The position numbers were made by a program, and so were the translations under genes. A DNA stretch of 64,000 nt. Origin: the human T2T-CHM13v2.0 reference genome, Homo sapiens. The notes beneath the pieces are model-generated. The model saw nothing but the letters and a program-made list of their open reading frames with translations. It was not told where the DNA came from and did no database searches. The stretch lies in NCBI RefSeq assembly GCF_009914755.1, contig NC_060926.1; one strand, given 5' to 3'. This document shows, piece by piece, positions 1-13,500 of this stretch. Numbering within the stretch: position 1 is the first letter of the stretch; every line of letters starts with the position of its first letter.

Positions 1-420
1 CCATGCATATGGCAACTAAGCATATGAAAAGATGGACAACATCATACATCATTAAGGAATTGCAAATTAAAACAATAAGAAGATACCACTACACATCTAT
101 TAGAATGGCTAAAATCTAAAACACCAACATCAAATGCTGACAAGGATGTGAAGCAACAGGAACAGGATGTGAAAGAAGCTAATCTGCAAAGGCTACATAC
201 TCTGTGACTCCAACTATAAGACATATTGGGAAAAGCAAAACCACAGAGATAGTAGAAAGATTAGTGGTTGCAGAGGCAGCTGGAAGAGAGGTATAAACAA
301 GCAGAGCACAGAGGAACTTTAAGGCAATGAAACTATTGTGTACAATATTATAATGGTGGATAGATGTCATTATACCTTTGTCAAAACCCATGGAATATAT
401 CACACCAAGAGTGAACACTT
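1..420 (+). mobile_element. Old L1M ORF2-end/3' UTR fragment
   Basis: L1 motifs 'aaggaattgcaaattaaaacaataagaagataccactacacatctattagaatggctaaaat' and 'cattatacctttgtcaaaacccatggaatatatcacaccaagagtgaac'. Confidence 0.8.
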
Positions 421-1050
421 CTTTAAACTCTTTGCATTCACATGTGAACGGAAATGAAAAATGTTTTCCCTATTTCATCTGCTGTTTACAAATAAGCCCA
501 CTACTGTCCAGTAATTATCCAGGAGTGCTTTGAGTCTTCTGCTCTCAGATCTATAAGATATTGTGTTGCTTCCCTCGGCTTACTCCTTCCAGATGCTGGT
601 GCCACATGGACTTAGCTATAGGGAATTTGTCCCCAATAGCTTTCATCTTGAGGCTTGTGGATAAAACTTGCTACCTAGTTTTATTGCAGATGTGGTCCAT
701 TTTGCTCTACCTGTTTGTATGGAGGACCTGAAGAGATCAAAAAATTACACTTAGACTATCACCGTCATCCCATCATTACCCCTTCTGATTTTTCCTCAAG
801 CAACCAAACATTCTAGAATATTAAAATATTTGAGCCCACTTTTCAACCTCAGGCTAATGCCACAGTAAATGGACTCCCCTCACCCCCTCCTACACTACAT
901 ATGTAAAGGTTCTGTTTATTGAGTGCTTTTCCACGTCTGTGCTCATTTTTAATTTAAAATTTCAGACCCCGTCCTCACAATAATTTTTTAAAGTAGACAT
1001 TGCTGGCCCTGAATAGATCCTTTGCTCCTCCTCAAGTCATTTTAATGACA

Positions 1051-1293
<243 letters not shown>

Positions 1294-1729
1294 TGAAAGC
1301 TTACCCTTCTATGGCGGAGTTTTATCTTCAAGCGTCTACTGACCAGAGCGTTTTCTGGGACTCCCCTGCCCCTTTGCTCCCTTGCTGGCAGGCCAGGCCT
1401 GTGTTTTCCTCCACAGTTCCCCGTGGAACTGTGCAGTCCCTCTTCAGAGACTGTTCCAGCCTCAGGGGTGACGCCACGAGCTAAGATCTGGATAGGTGGT
1501 GGGGTGCATGATTGCAACCAGGTGTCTTCCTTCCCCAGGGCTGGATGAGACTCTGGCCGGGGGGGGAAAGAGACAGTCTGTGGCGGACTCCCATTCTCCT
1601 GCCTCTGCACAGGCTACTTTCTGGCATTCCTGCTCCCTTGCAGAGCTCCTGGAAAGGGGACAGTGCATTCCTGAAAACGCAAAGCCTCTTCTGTATCAAT
1701 TACTCCGTTCTTGCCTGGGCTCCACACAG

Positions 1730-2400
1730 GCCAGCGCGCGCTCAGCTCGGTGCATGCGGCTGGGCCCTGCGAGCCACGCTTCTGCGGCCCCGCTGGCCCT
1801 GCCGATAGGGGGCGCGAATGAAAGGCCGCGCGGCTGGAGAAGGGCGGGCTCGCTCCGGTCTCCACCCTGTGGGCTCCCGGCGCCTGCGCGTCCCACGCCC
1901 TTGCTGCTGAGTCCTGCACGTGCGGAAGCGAACTCTTTGTGAAGTCGGTGTGAAGGAAGCGACCTCTCCGTGAAGTCGGTGTGAAGGAAGCGACCTCTTT
2001 GTGACGTCTGCGACCTCTTTGTGACGTCGGCCCTTGCCGGTGCCCCGCACAGCAGCCAGCAGCTCCCAGCCCAGGCAGGAGGTGCACTGGCCTCCCGGCG
2101 GCCTTTTGAGGCCTAAGAGCTCCAAGCCCTGCCCTTCGTGCCCTCTGCGCTAGACGCGTGGCCACAGCCGACAGTGGATACCTCATGGCGACTCAGAGTC
2201 CTCTCTTTAACCTCTCAGCTACCTTCTTCTCATGACGTTTTCTCGGTAAAATAAGTGGTGTGGCTCCCCTCTCCTGACCGGGCTGTGTCCCAGGACAGAG
2301 CCGGCTGGAAACGCCCCGCTTGACTGGAGAGCACTGCCCGGGCTGCTGCAGGTGCCCCTTTCACAGGAGCTGGAGCGCGCCTCAATGCAGAGATGGTGTG
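1730..2400. promoter_or_regulatory. CpG-island-like promoter region
   Basis: Sharp local rise in GC and CpG (gcgcgc, ggcgcg, ccgcgcgg) against a CpG-depleted window. Contains GC box gggcggg (~1842), E-box CACGTG (1917-1922), GGAAG ETS cores and TGACGTC motifs. Associated gene not identifiable from sequence. Confidence 0.7.
1924..2028 (+). repeat. Short tandem array (31-bp then 20-bp units) in the CpG island
   Basis: ggaagcga(a/c)ctct(tt/cc)gtgaagtcggtgtgaa at 1924-1954 and 1955-1985, then gcgacctctttgtgacgtc at 1990-2008 and 2010-2028. Confidence 0.9.
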
Positions 2401-4319
2401 GCTGGGAGGGACTTCCCTTTCCCAGTCCTCCACTTACATCACAGGGCACAAGAGCCATTGGAAAAGCATTTAGAGAAATCATAGCGAAAATTTTCCAGAT
2501 GTGGCAAAAGACATACAGCTGCAGATTTAAAAAGTTAAGCAAACCTCAAGAATCGTAAACCCAAAGAAGTTCATGCCAATCACATCATAATTAAACATCA
2601 AAAAAAAAAAAGGCAGAATAAATTTTGAAAGCAGCTGGAGAGAAATCAAATGTTGTTCATGAGGCAACACCAATTCAAGTCAGCTGAGCTTTCACCTGAA
2701 ACCATAGGACGCAGAAGGGAGTGACTGGTTTTTAAAGTACTGAGGGAAAAGAACTGTCAACTGTAGATTCAATATGTGGCAAAATTCCTCCAAGGAGTGA
2801 AAGGAATAAGTACTTAGCAAACAAAGGAAAACTAAGAAAATTTGTTGTATCTTTAAAGAGTACCTAAAAGAAATTCGCTAAAAGGAAAGGAAATCAACAA
2901 CAACAAAAGGACTTGGAACTTTAGAAAGAAAAGGAAAACATTAAAGTAGATTTTAGAAATTAGGAAAGATATAATAAATATCCTTCAATTCATGAGTTGC
3001 CAAATTCATATTTGATGGTTAAAGCAAAAGTTATATGACCATCTGATACAGTTCTCTTTTTATGTAGTGAAAACACTTAAGCTCACTATACATAAAAAGT
3101 GGGAAGAATAAAAAGACCTGAATGACAGTAAGGTATCTAAACTTCACTCAAACTGGCAAACATTGATACCAATAGACCATGGAAGGTTACATACATGTAT
3201 TGTAAAACCTAAAGCAATAACTAAGAAAACTATACAATAAATACTACAAATAAGATGGAATCCTAAAAATGTGAGTTACCCACAATTAGGTAAGGAAAGG
3301 GAACAGAAGAATAACAAACAGAGAAAACAAAAAGAAAGCAAACAATGTCAGATGTATGTCCTAACATATTACTTAAATGTGAATAGTCTAAATATGACAA
3401 AAGGTAGAGACTGGCAGAGTAGATAAAAACACAGAATCCAACAATATGTTATCTATAAGAAACTCTCTTTGAATTCAACACCACAGGTAAGATGAAAGTA
3501 GAAGGAAGGAAAAAGATGTATTAATGCAGACATTAATTAAAGTAGGAGTGGCTATATTAATATAAAGTAGACTTCAGATGAAAGAAAATTGCAAGTCAAA
3601 GAGCAACATTAAATAATGTAAAAGGATCAATCCATGAGGAAGATGTTGTGATCCTAAATGTGTATGCTGCAGACAACAGAGCCTTAAAATATATGAAGCA
3701 AAAACAGAGTTGATAGGAGAGAGAAACAATTCCACAATTATAGGTGGGAAGTTTAACATCTGACTCTCAGCAGCTAATAGAGCTACTAGACAATCAGCAA
3801 GAATACAGAAGACTGAGCAAGGCCATCAACCCACAGGATGTAACTGACATATAGAGAACACTCCCACCAACAGCAGCAGAGTACACATTTTCCAAGGGCC
3901 GTGGAACATTCACCAACCCATATTCTGGGTGATTAAGCGAGCCTCAAGCAGTTTAAAATAATTGAAACCATACAGAGTGAGCTCTTTAACCGTAATGAAA
4001 TCAAATTAGAAATCAATAAAATAAAAACAACAGAAAATATCCAAATACTTGAAAATTAAAAGACTTCTAAATATTTCATATATCAAAGAGGAAGTCTCAA
4101 AGGAAATTTTAAAAATACATAGAATGGGAAGAAAATGAAAATATCTCAAAATATGTAGGGGGAAAAAACTAGAGCTGTGAGGAAATTTTTAGCACTAAAA
4201 ACAGAAAATGTCTCAAATCAATAACCTAAGTAATTCAAGTAACTAGAAGAAAAAAGAGCAAAGGAAGGAAATCATAAAGATAAAAGCAGAAATTAATGAT
4301 TTTTTTAAAAAAATGAAAA

Positions 4320-4896
4320 GGTAACCAGCAGCTTAACTCCATAATGCATTTTAAAACTTTTTTTCCATTTTAGTCTCAAGATGTAATCTTGAAGCAAACT
4401 GCAACAGCCTTTTCCCTTAACCTTAAAATAGACTGCATGTTCCTTCCTTTCCCACTGTGTACTCCCTTCACATTCATCTAATTATGCCAGTATCTAAGTA
4501 TGTGCTTACTTAGGAGTTCAAGGGCTAACCTTGAGACAGATAGACCGAGCCTAGAGACCGAGCAGAATTCCAGAGATTACCTCAAGGCAGCTAGTCACCA
4601 ACCCAGCCATTGTTCAGATGATGTCAGCCCACACTCCAGGTAGACAGAGATCCAAGATAGCCAGTGAAAAAGGACACACACACCTTGCACTCAACACAAC
4701 TGCATGTGTCCCATACGAAGTTTCTCTTTATAAACCCTAGCCTTCTCCCTACAAGTTCAATGTGATTCCTTTGGATATGAATCCAGCCACTTCCCTACTG
4801 CTAGTTTTTGTTAATGAAGTCACTTTCCTTTTACCAGACCTCACTCATTCTTAAGACTTCGCAAGCAGCAAACAGCTGGACCTGCATTCATTTACA
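4320..4896 (+). mobile_element. Solo LTR inserted in L1 ORF2 (ERV; LTR47-like, family uncertain)
   Basis: Non-L1 block with (t)GTAAC...(g)TTACA-type termini, TATA-like 'tttataaa' (~4727) and degenerate polyA signal (~4813). L1 sequence is continuous across it. Confidence 0.7.
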
Positions 4897-6345
4897 AAAA
4901 TAGAAAAAAATGAATGAGGCAAAACACTGTCTGTTTGAAAGAAAATCAGTAAAATGCATAAACCTCTAGTAACACTGGCCAAAAAAAAAGACACATAAAA
5001 ATTAGAAATGAAAAAAAGGAAATCACTATGAATCCTTTGGCCATTAGAAGAAAAATAAAGGATATAATGTATAACTTTAAACTCACACAGTCAACAACTG
5101 AAAAGAAAAGAAAAAAGTCCTTGAAAACCTAAAACTACCAAACCTCAATCAAGATAAAACAGACAATCTGGGCAGTTCTGTAATCTTCAAAGAAATTGAA
5201 TTTGTAAATAAAAGTTTCCACAAAAAGAGATCTCCAAGTCTGGATAGTTGTATTGAAGATTTCTACCATAAATTTAAAGAAGAATTAACACCAATTTTAC
5301 ACATTCTCCTACAGAAATAGAAGAAGCAAAACACTTCCCTACTAATTTTATGAGGTCAGTATTACCCTTATAACAAGCCTACAAAAGACAATACAATGAT
5401 TTATATCACTCATCAATTTAGAAGCAGATATTCTCAACAAAATATTAACAAATTGAATCCAGCAATGTATACAAAGAATTCTACACCATAACCAGGTGGG
5501 GTTTATTCCAGGTATGTAAGGCTGGTTCAACATTTGAAATCAATCAATGTAATCCATCATAAGTTAAATTTAAAACTTTGCGTGATCTTAACAATTGACA
5601 CACAAAAAAAGCATTTACCAAGATCTGTGATAAAAATAAAAAAGAAGGGAACTTTCTTGGCTTAATAAAGAGCATCTACAAAAAACCTTCAGCTAATATA
5701 CTTAGCATTAAAGGAATGCTTGCTTTTCCTTTAAGATTGGGAACAAAGCAATAATATCCACTGTTATGACTCTATTCATCATACTACTGGAGGAAGTTTT
5801 AGCCACTGCAATAAAACAAGGAAAATAAATAACATATACAGATCAAAAAGGAAGAAATAAAACCGGACCTGCTTGTAGGTAGCATGATTGTCTACATAGA
5901 TATAGATCTATGTAGACCAAAAAAAAAAAAAAATAGAATCCTAGAACTAATAAGCATGAGGGCTTTCTTAAACTCAGATCAATGCATAAAAATCAACTTT
6001 ATTTCTGTATACCGACAATGAATATGTAGAAACTAAAATTAAACATAACAGTTTACAATTGTTCCAAAGAAAATGAAATAGGGATAAGTCTAACAAATTG
6101 TATACAGAATCTGTATGCTGAAAACTTTGAAATGCCGATGAAATGAATTTTTTAAAGTCCTAAGTAAATAGGGAAACATACTGTATTTATGAGTTGGATG
6201 ACTCAACATAGAAAAGTTGTCCATTCTTCCCAAATTGATCTACAGATATAATCCAATTCCTACAAAAATCCCAGCAAGGGATTTTGTAGACATAGAACAC
6301 CTTATCCCAAAATGTATCTGGAAAGCACCAGGCCCTAGAATAGCT

Positions 6346-6377
<32 letters not shown>

Positions 6378-7549
6378 TACTAAGAACAGAATGGGAGGAA
6401 TTATTCTACGTGGTATTAGATTTGCTATGTAATCATAGCAATCAAGACACTGTGGCATTGAAAATGCAATAGACATATTGATAAATGGAACAAAACAGAG
6501 AACCCAGAAATAGACCTACACAAATATGCCCAACTGAGTTTTTTATAAAGATACAAAAGCAATTCAATGGAAGAAGGAAAATCTTTTCAACAAACAGTGC
6601 TGGAGGAATTTAACATCGATAGGCACAATAATGAACACAACCTAAGTCTCACAGCTCATAAAAAATTAATCAAAATAGATACAAACATAAATGTGAGACA
6701 TAAACTTTAAAACTTTTAGAAAAAAATAGAAAGAATCTTCAGGATCTAAGATTTCTTAAACTTTACACCAAAAGCATGATCCATAAAAGGAAAAACTAAT
6801 AAATTTAACGTTATCAAAATTAAAAAATTTTACTTAGTGAAAGATCCCATTAAAAGAATGAAAAGACAAGCTATAGACTGGGGAAAATGTTTGCAAATGC
6901 CACTACCAATGAAGAATTAGTATCTAGAATTAAGAAAAAAAAACTCTTAAAATTTAATAGTAAAAAAATCCGGTAACATGAGCAAAAGACATGCACAGAA
7001 ATTTCGCTGAAGAGGAGATACAGCTGTGGAAAATAAACACATGAAAAGATGTTCAGCACCACTAGCTATTAGGGAAGTGCAAATTAAAATCATAATGAGA
7101 TATCACTACACATCAGTCAAAATGGCTAAAATTTTAAAGATAGTGACACCACCAAATGCAGGCATGAATATGAAGAATACAGATCATTTATATATCACTG
7201 GTGGAACTATGAAATGGTACAGCCAGGTTGGAAAACAGTTTGGCACTCTCTTAGAAAATTATGTATGCAATTACTATACAACTTAGCAATATCACTCTTT
7301 AGTATTTATTCCAAAGACAGAAAAACCCATATCAAAAAAAAATCTGTACACGAATGTTCACAGCAGCTTTATTTGTAATAGACAAAGACTGGAATCAGTT
7401 CAGGTATCCTTCAACAGATGGAAAATTAAAAATATGATTCATCCTTTCCTTGGAAAACTAGTCGGCAACGGAAAAGAACAAAGTGTTGATAGACACAACT
7501 TAGATAAATACCTAGGGAATTATGCTAATTTTTTAAGAAAGCCAATTTC

Positions 7550-7902
<353 letters not shown>

Positions 7903-8024
7903 TTAAATATTGAGAAATGATTGGATGGTTTCTAAGAATTATGGATGATGAGTGGAGTGAGCAATGAGGGAGAGGAAAGGGGAAGAAAGGAAGGGATGAT
8001 GAATGTGCTTATAAGAGTGCAACC

Positions 8025-8358
8025 CGGGGTGGGCGTGGTGGTTCACGCCTGTAATCTCAGCACTTTGGGAGGCCAGGGCAGGCAGATCACCTGAGGTCAG
8101 GAGTTCGAGACCAGCCCGGCCAACATGGTGAAACTCCATCTCTACTAAAAACACAAAAATTAGCCAAGCGTGGTAGCACACACTTGCGATCCTAACTACT
8201 CAGAAGGCTGAGGCAGAAGGATTGCTTGAACCCAGGAAGCAGAGGTTGCAGTGAGCCTAGGTCATGCCACTGTATTCCAGCCTAAGCGATAGAGTGAGAC
8301 ACCATCTTAAAAAAAAAATATATATATGTATATATGTAGAAGAGAGAGAGAGAGAGAG
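8025..8358 (+). mobile_element. AluSx-like with (TA)n/(GA)n tail
   Basis: Full Alu 'gatcacctgaggtcaggagttcgagaccagc'; A-tail runs into a compound microsatellite. Confidence 0.92.
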
Positions 8359-8642
8359 AACAACACAGGATCCTTGTGATGATGAGTGGTGGAACTGTCC
8401 TATTATCTTTACTTCAGTGAAGTAAATATACATGAGCAGGTATATCTATACATGAATCTACACGTGTGATAAATTTTATAGAACCAAATACACAAAAAAT
8501 GAATGCAATAAAATTAGTGGAATCTGAAGAAGAAAGGTGTATTGTCTCAATGCCACTTTCCTGGCTGTAATATTGTGCTGTAACTTTATAAGATGTTATC
8601 ATTGGACAAACTAGGTAAAGGGTACATGGGATCTTTGTATAA

Positions 8643-8973
<331 letters not shown>

Positions 8974-8979
8974 CAACTT

Positions 8980-11301
8980 TTTTTATGTTTTTAATTGTGG
9001 TGAAATTTACATAACATAAAAAGTACTATTTTAACCATTTTAAATGTACATTTGGTGGCATTACAATGTTATGTAACCATCACCACTATGTACTTCCAGA
9101 ACTTTTTCATCATCCCAAACAGAAATTCTGTACCCATTAAGCAATAACTCCTTTATACCCTAAATCAGGTATAAAGTAGGATCCAACTTTCCCTTTACCC
9201 AACCTCCAGTAGCCTTTACTCTACTTTCTGTCTCCTTGAATTTACCTATTCTAGATATCTCCTATAAATGCAATTATTCAATATTTGTACTTTCATCTCT
9301 GAATTATTTCACTTAGCACAATGTTTTCAAGCTTCATCCATGTTGTAGCGTTATCTGAATTTTAGTCTTTTTATGTGTGTAATGCCACATTTTATTTATT
9401 CATCTGTTGATAGACACTTGGATTGTTTCCACCTTTTGGCCATTGTGCACAATGCTACTATGATCATTGGTACACGAGTATGTGTTTGAGTCTCTGTTTT
9501 CAATTCTTTTGGGGTATATACCTAAGAGTGGAATTGCTGGATCACATGGTAATTCTATGTTCAGCCTTTTGAGGAACGACTGAACTGTTTTCAAAAGCAG
9601 CTGCACCATTCTACATCCCCACCAACAATGCTTGAGATCTCTAATTTCTCCATATTTTTGCCAAAACTCGTTATTTTCCAATTTATTGACAATAGCCATC
9701 TTAATCAGTACAAAGTGGTACCTCAGTGTAATTTGTGTTTGCATTTCTCTTACAACTAGTGATGCTGAATAATTTTTCATGTGCTTATTGTCATTTGTTT
9801 ATCTTCTTGTAGAAATGTCTATTTGAGTCCTTTGCCCATTTTCCAGTTGGATTGTTTGTTTTGTGGTGGTGGTGGTGGTTGTTGAGTTGTTGAACTTTTA
9901 AAAAGACTCTGGATATTAATGCCTTTTAGACGTATGCTTTGCAGCTATTTCCCTATTCTGTAGGTGGTTAAGAAATCATTGCAGAATCCAACAACATGAC
10001 AATTTTCATTTGTTTTCTTCCAAATTTTGTATAGTTTTTGCTTGTCAATTTAGGTCTTTAATCCATTTTTAGTTAATTTTTGTAAATAAGGTATAAGATA
10101 CAGTCCTGTTTCATTCTTTTGCATGTGGAAACCCAGTTTTTTTCAGCACCATTCATTAAAAACACTGTCCTTTCCTGTTGAATGGTCTTGACACCCTTGT
10201 CAAAAATTATATGACCACATATGGGAGAGTTTATTTGGGGCTTTATAATCTATTCCATTGTTTTATGCCAGTACTCTACTGTTTTGATTTCTATAGCTTT
10301 GTAGTGTGTTTTGAAATCAGAAAGTATGAGTTCAACTGTATTCTTATTTTACAAGATTGTTTTTGGCTATTGAGGGTCTCTTGAGATTCTTTAAAACCTA
10401 TTTTAAAATAGGTTTTTCTATTTCCGTAAAAAATGCCATTAAGATTTTGATAGAGATTGTATTGAATTTATAGGTTGCTTAGGGTAGTATTGGCATCTTA
10501 ACTACATTAAGTCTTCTGATGAATCAACATGGGATGTCTTTCCATTTATTTTGTCATCAAAATTTTTTAGTTTTCAATATACAAGCCTTTTGCCTCCTTG
10601 GTTAAATTTATTCCTAAGTATTTTGTTCTTTTTGAATATTATTATAAAGGGAATTTATTATTATTTTTCCTTTTGGGATTGTTCAAGGCAAGTATTTAGA
10701 AATATAACTTACTTTTATCTGTTGATTTTATATGCTGCCACTTTGCTGAATTCATTTACTAACTCAAGCAATCTTCTGTGTTTTCTTTAAGGATTTCTAC
10801 TTATAAGCCAGACAAACACACTACAAGAAAACTACAGATCAATATCCCTTGTGAATATAGATGCAAAAATCTCTAACAAAATACTACCAGACAAAACTCA
10901 GCATATTAAAAGGATTGATTACGTAACAGGACCAAGTAGGATTTATTCCTGGAATGGAAAGATAGTTCAACAATAAAAATTAATGAAGAAAAAAACTACA
11001 TGATTATCTCAGTTGATGCAGAAAAAGCATATGAAAAACATTAATATCTTTTAATGGAACACATACTCAATATAGGAGAAACAGAAAGAAACTTCCTCAA
11101 AATGATAGGGCCATGACAAAAACCCACAGCTTGTATCATAGGACATGATGAAAGATTGAAAACTTTTTCCCCTTAAGTGAGGAATAAGACAAAGGTGCCT
11201 GCTTTTGCCACTTTTATTTAGAATCATTCTAGAAGTTCTAGCCAGACCAGTGAGGCAAGAATAATAAATACAATAATCCAAGGTGAAAAAAGATGGCATG
11301 A
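8980..11301 (-). mobile_element. L1MB-type element with inverted 5' segment (8980-10807 minus; 10805-11301 plus)
   Basis: Minus-strand L1MB 3' end and ORF2 C-terminus (ORF 9400..9780 'LNIELPCDPAIPLLGIYPK'); orientation flips at ~10806 to plus-strand RT-region sequence. Confidence 0.85.
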
Positions 11302-11439
11302 ACTCTATTATTTCTTATGACTGCATGTGAATTTATAATTATTTCAAAATAAAAAATTATTTTTTAAAAAAGGTCTATGGGCCATGTGAGCCTCCAGTAA
11401 AAACAAAAACAGGCTTTTCTGTTAAAAATAAAATTAATT

Positions 11440-11750
11440 GGCAGGGCACGGTGGCTCACACCTGTAATCCCAGCGCTTTGGGAGGCCGAGGTGGGCGAAT
11501 CACAAGGTCAGGAGTTTGAAACCAGCCTGACCAACATGGTGAAACCCCATGTCTACTAAAAATACAAAAATTATGGGCGTGGTGGCACACACCTGTAATC
11601 CAAGATACTTAGTAGGCTGAGGCAGGAGAATCGCTTGAACCCAGGAGGCAGAGTTTGCAATGAGCCAAGATCGAGATCGTGCCATTGCACTCCATCCTGG
11701 GTGACAGAGTGAGACTCTGTCTCAAAAAATAAAAATAAAAAATAAAATTA
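11440..11750 (+). mobile_element. AluS (Sg-like)
   Basis: Full Alu with (AAAAAT)n tail. Confidence 0.92.
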
Positions 11751-11755
11751 AATTA

Positions 11756-12099
<344 letters not shown>

Positions 12100-13500
12100 T
12101 CATGGGTCAAACCAGCAGGACTGGAGGGGTGGATCAGAATGTCTATCAGGTTAGAAGATCTGCTTTAAATTACAAACAAAACAATGCACCTTTTTCCTTC
12201 CTACTGTATGGCTGGTTGTCCTTTCTGATAACAATAATCCTATCCTAGTTAATATATTATTTTCTTGATTTGTCCTTTTTATTGGTTTTTATTTGGGGGC
12301 CAGCTGAGCCAAGCAGCGTTCTGGTTTTGGTTTATGTATAGTTTTGAGTTTTTCTATGCTGGTTGTATATCTATTAAACTCTGGCTGATAGTTTAAACAA
12401 TAATACAAATGAGCAAGGCATGGTGGCCCTTGCCTATAATCCCAGCTACTTGGGAGGAGCCAGAGGCAGTGGCTCCGTTAATGCTTTGCTTATGTTAAAC
12501 CCGTGAAGTGTCCCTGGACTCGTTTGTTGTCAGCCCACATGAGGAACCTGAAGGCAGGGAGGCTCACGTGAAGGGGCCGCCCCTGGGACCCACTTGCTCA
12601 TGAGCGCTCCATGCATTGCCAAGTATTGCAGACTGTGTCCAATCACATGTGTTTACAAGTTTTCGATAAACTAGTACCCCCCAAAATGGACATGAATTTC
12701 TTAACAATTCCTGTAAGGAACTGTATCGCAGTTTAAAACAGTGACATGCAAGGCCAACTACGCCATACCTTATTTTCAGAGCTGACATTTTTTCTACTCC
12801 AAATACAGAATCTGTCAACCAAATCATACCAAATAATAAGTGAAAACAACAGCAAATTAATCACACCTGGCATGAAGCAGCTCAAGTTAGAAATTGTCAT
12901 AAAGACAATATGATATATAAAATTATGTCCATTTTTGAGGGTGACAAACTTTTTAAATGTACACTGTGGCTTAGGATATTAGCTAAGAATATTGGTGCAT
13001 GCATACATATTTATAAAAAATAAATATGTGTATATTTGGAAGTGTTGACAGTTTTTCAGTGATGTAGTAAATGATGAAAGTTTATTAAAAACTTCCAATT
13101 TTTAAAATACTTTGATCTTTCCAAGATCAAAATACTTTGTTGATCTCTTCCAAGAGTCCTACTATTTGAGTTTACCAAATAATTCTTGATTAAAAATCAG
13201 AATTTAGTTTAGCAGGAGATTATTTCTCATTGTTCCTTGTCACACCCACCACCTTTATCTCCCACATGTTATTAGAGGAAGCCAGGCCAATAGGTCTATG
13301 AGCCATGATTCCAACATGACTTCTTTGGCATGATAAAGGGAGAAGGCCAGGCAGAATTTTTCTGTGATTCATACTCAGAACACATCACACACTCATTTAT
13401 GTGACCTGGGAGCTGAAGAAAATCACACAGTGCTATCACTTGCTTCTTTCTTCCTTTATCGGCTTTTTTTCCTTTTCGCTTTTGTTTGTTTTTTAGTTTT

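Noticed and set aside
1496-2186. 148-aa and 190-aa ORFs over the CpG island
   Set aside because: Ala/Arg/Pro/Gly-rich overlapping frames expected from high GC; no recognisable domain
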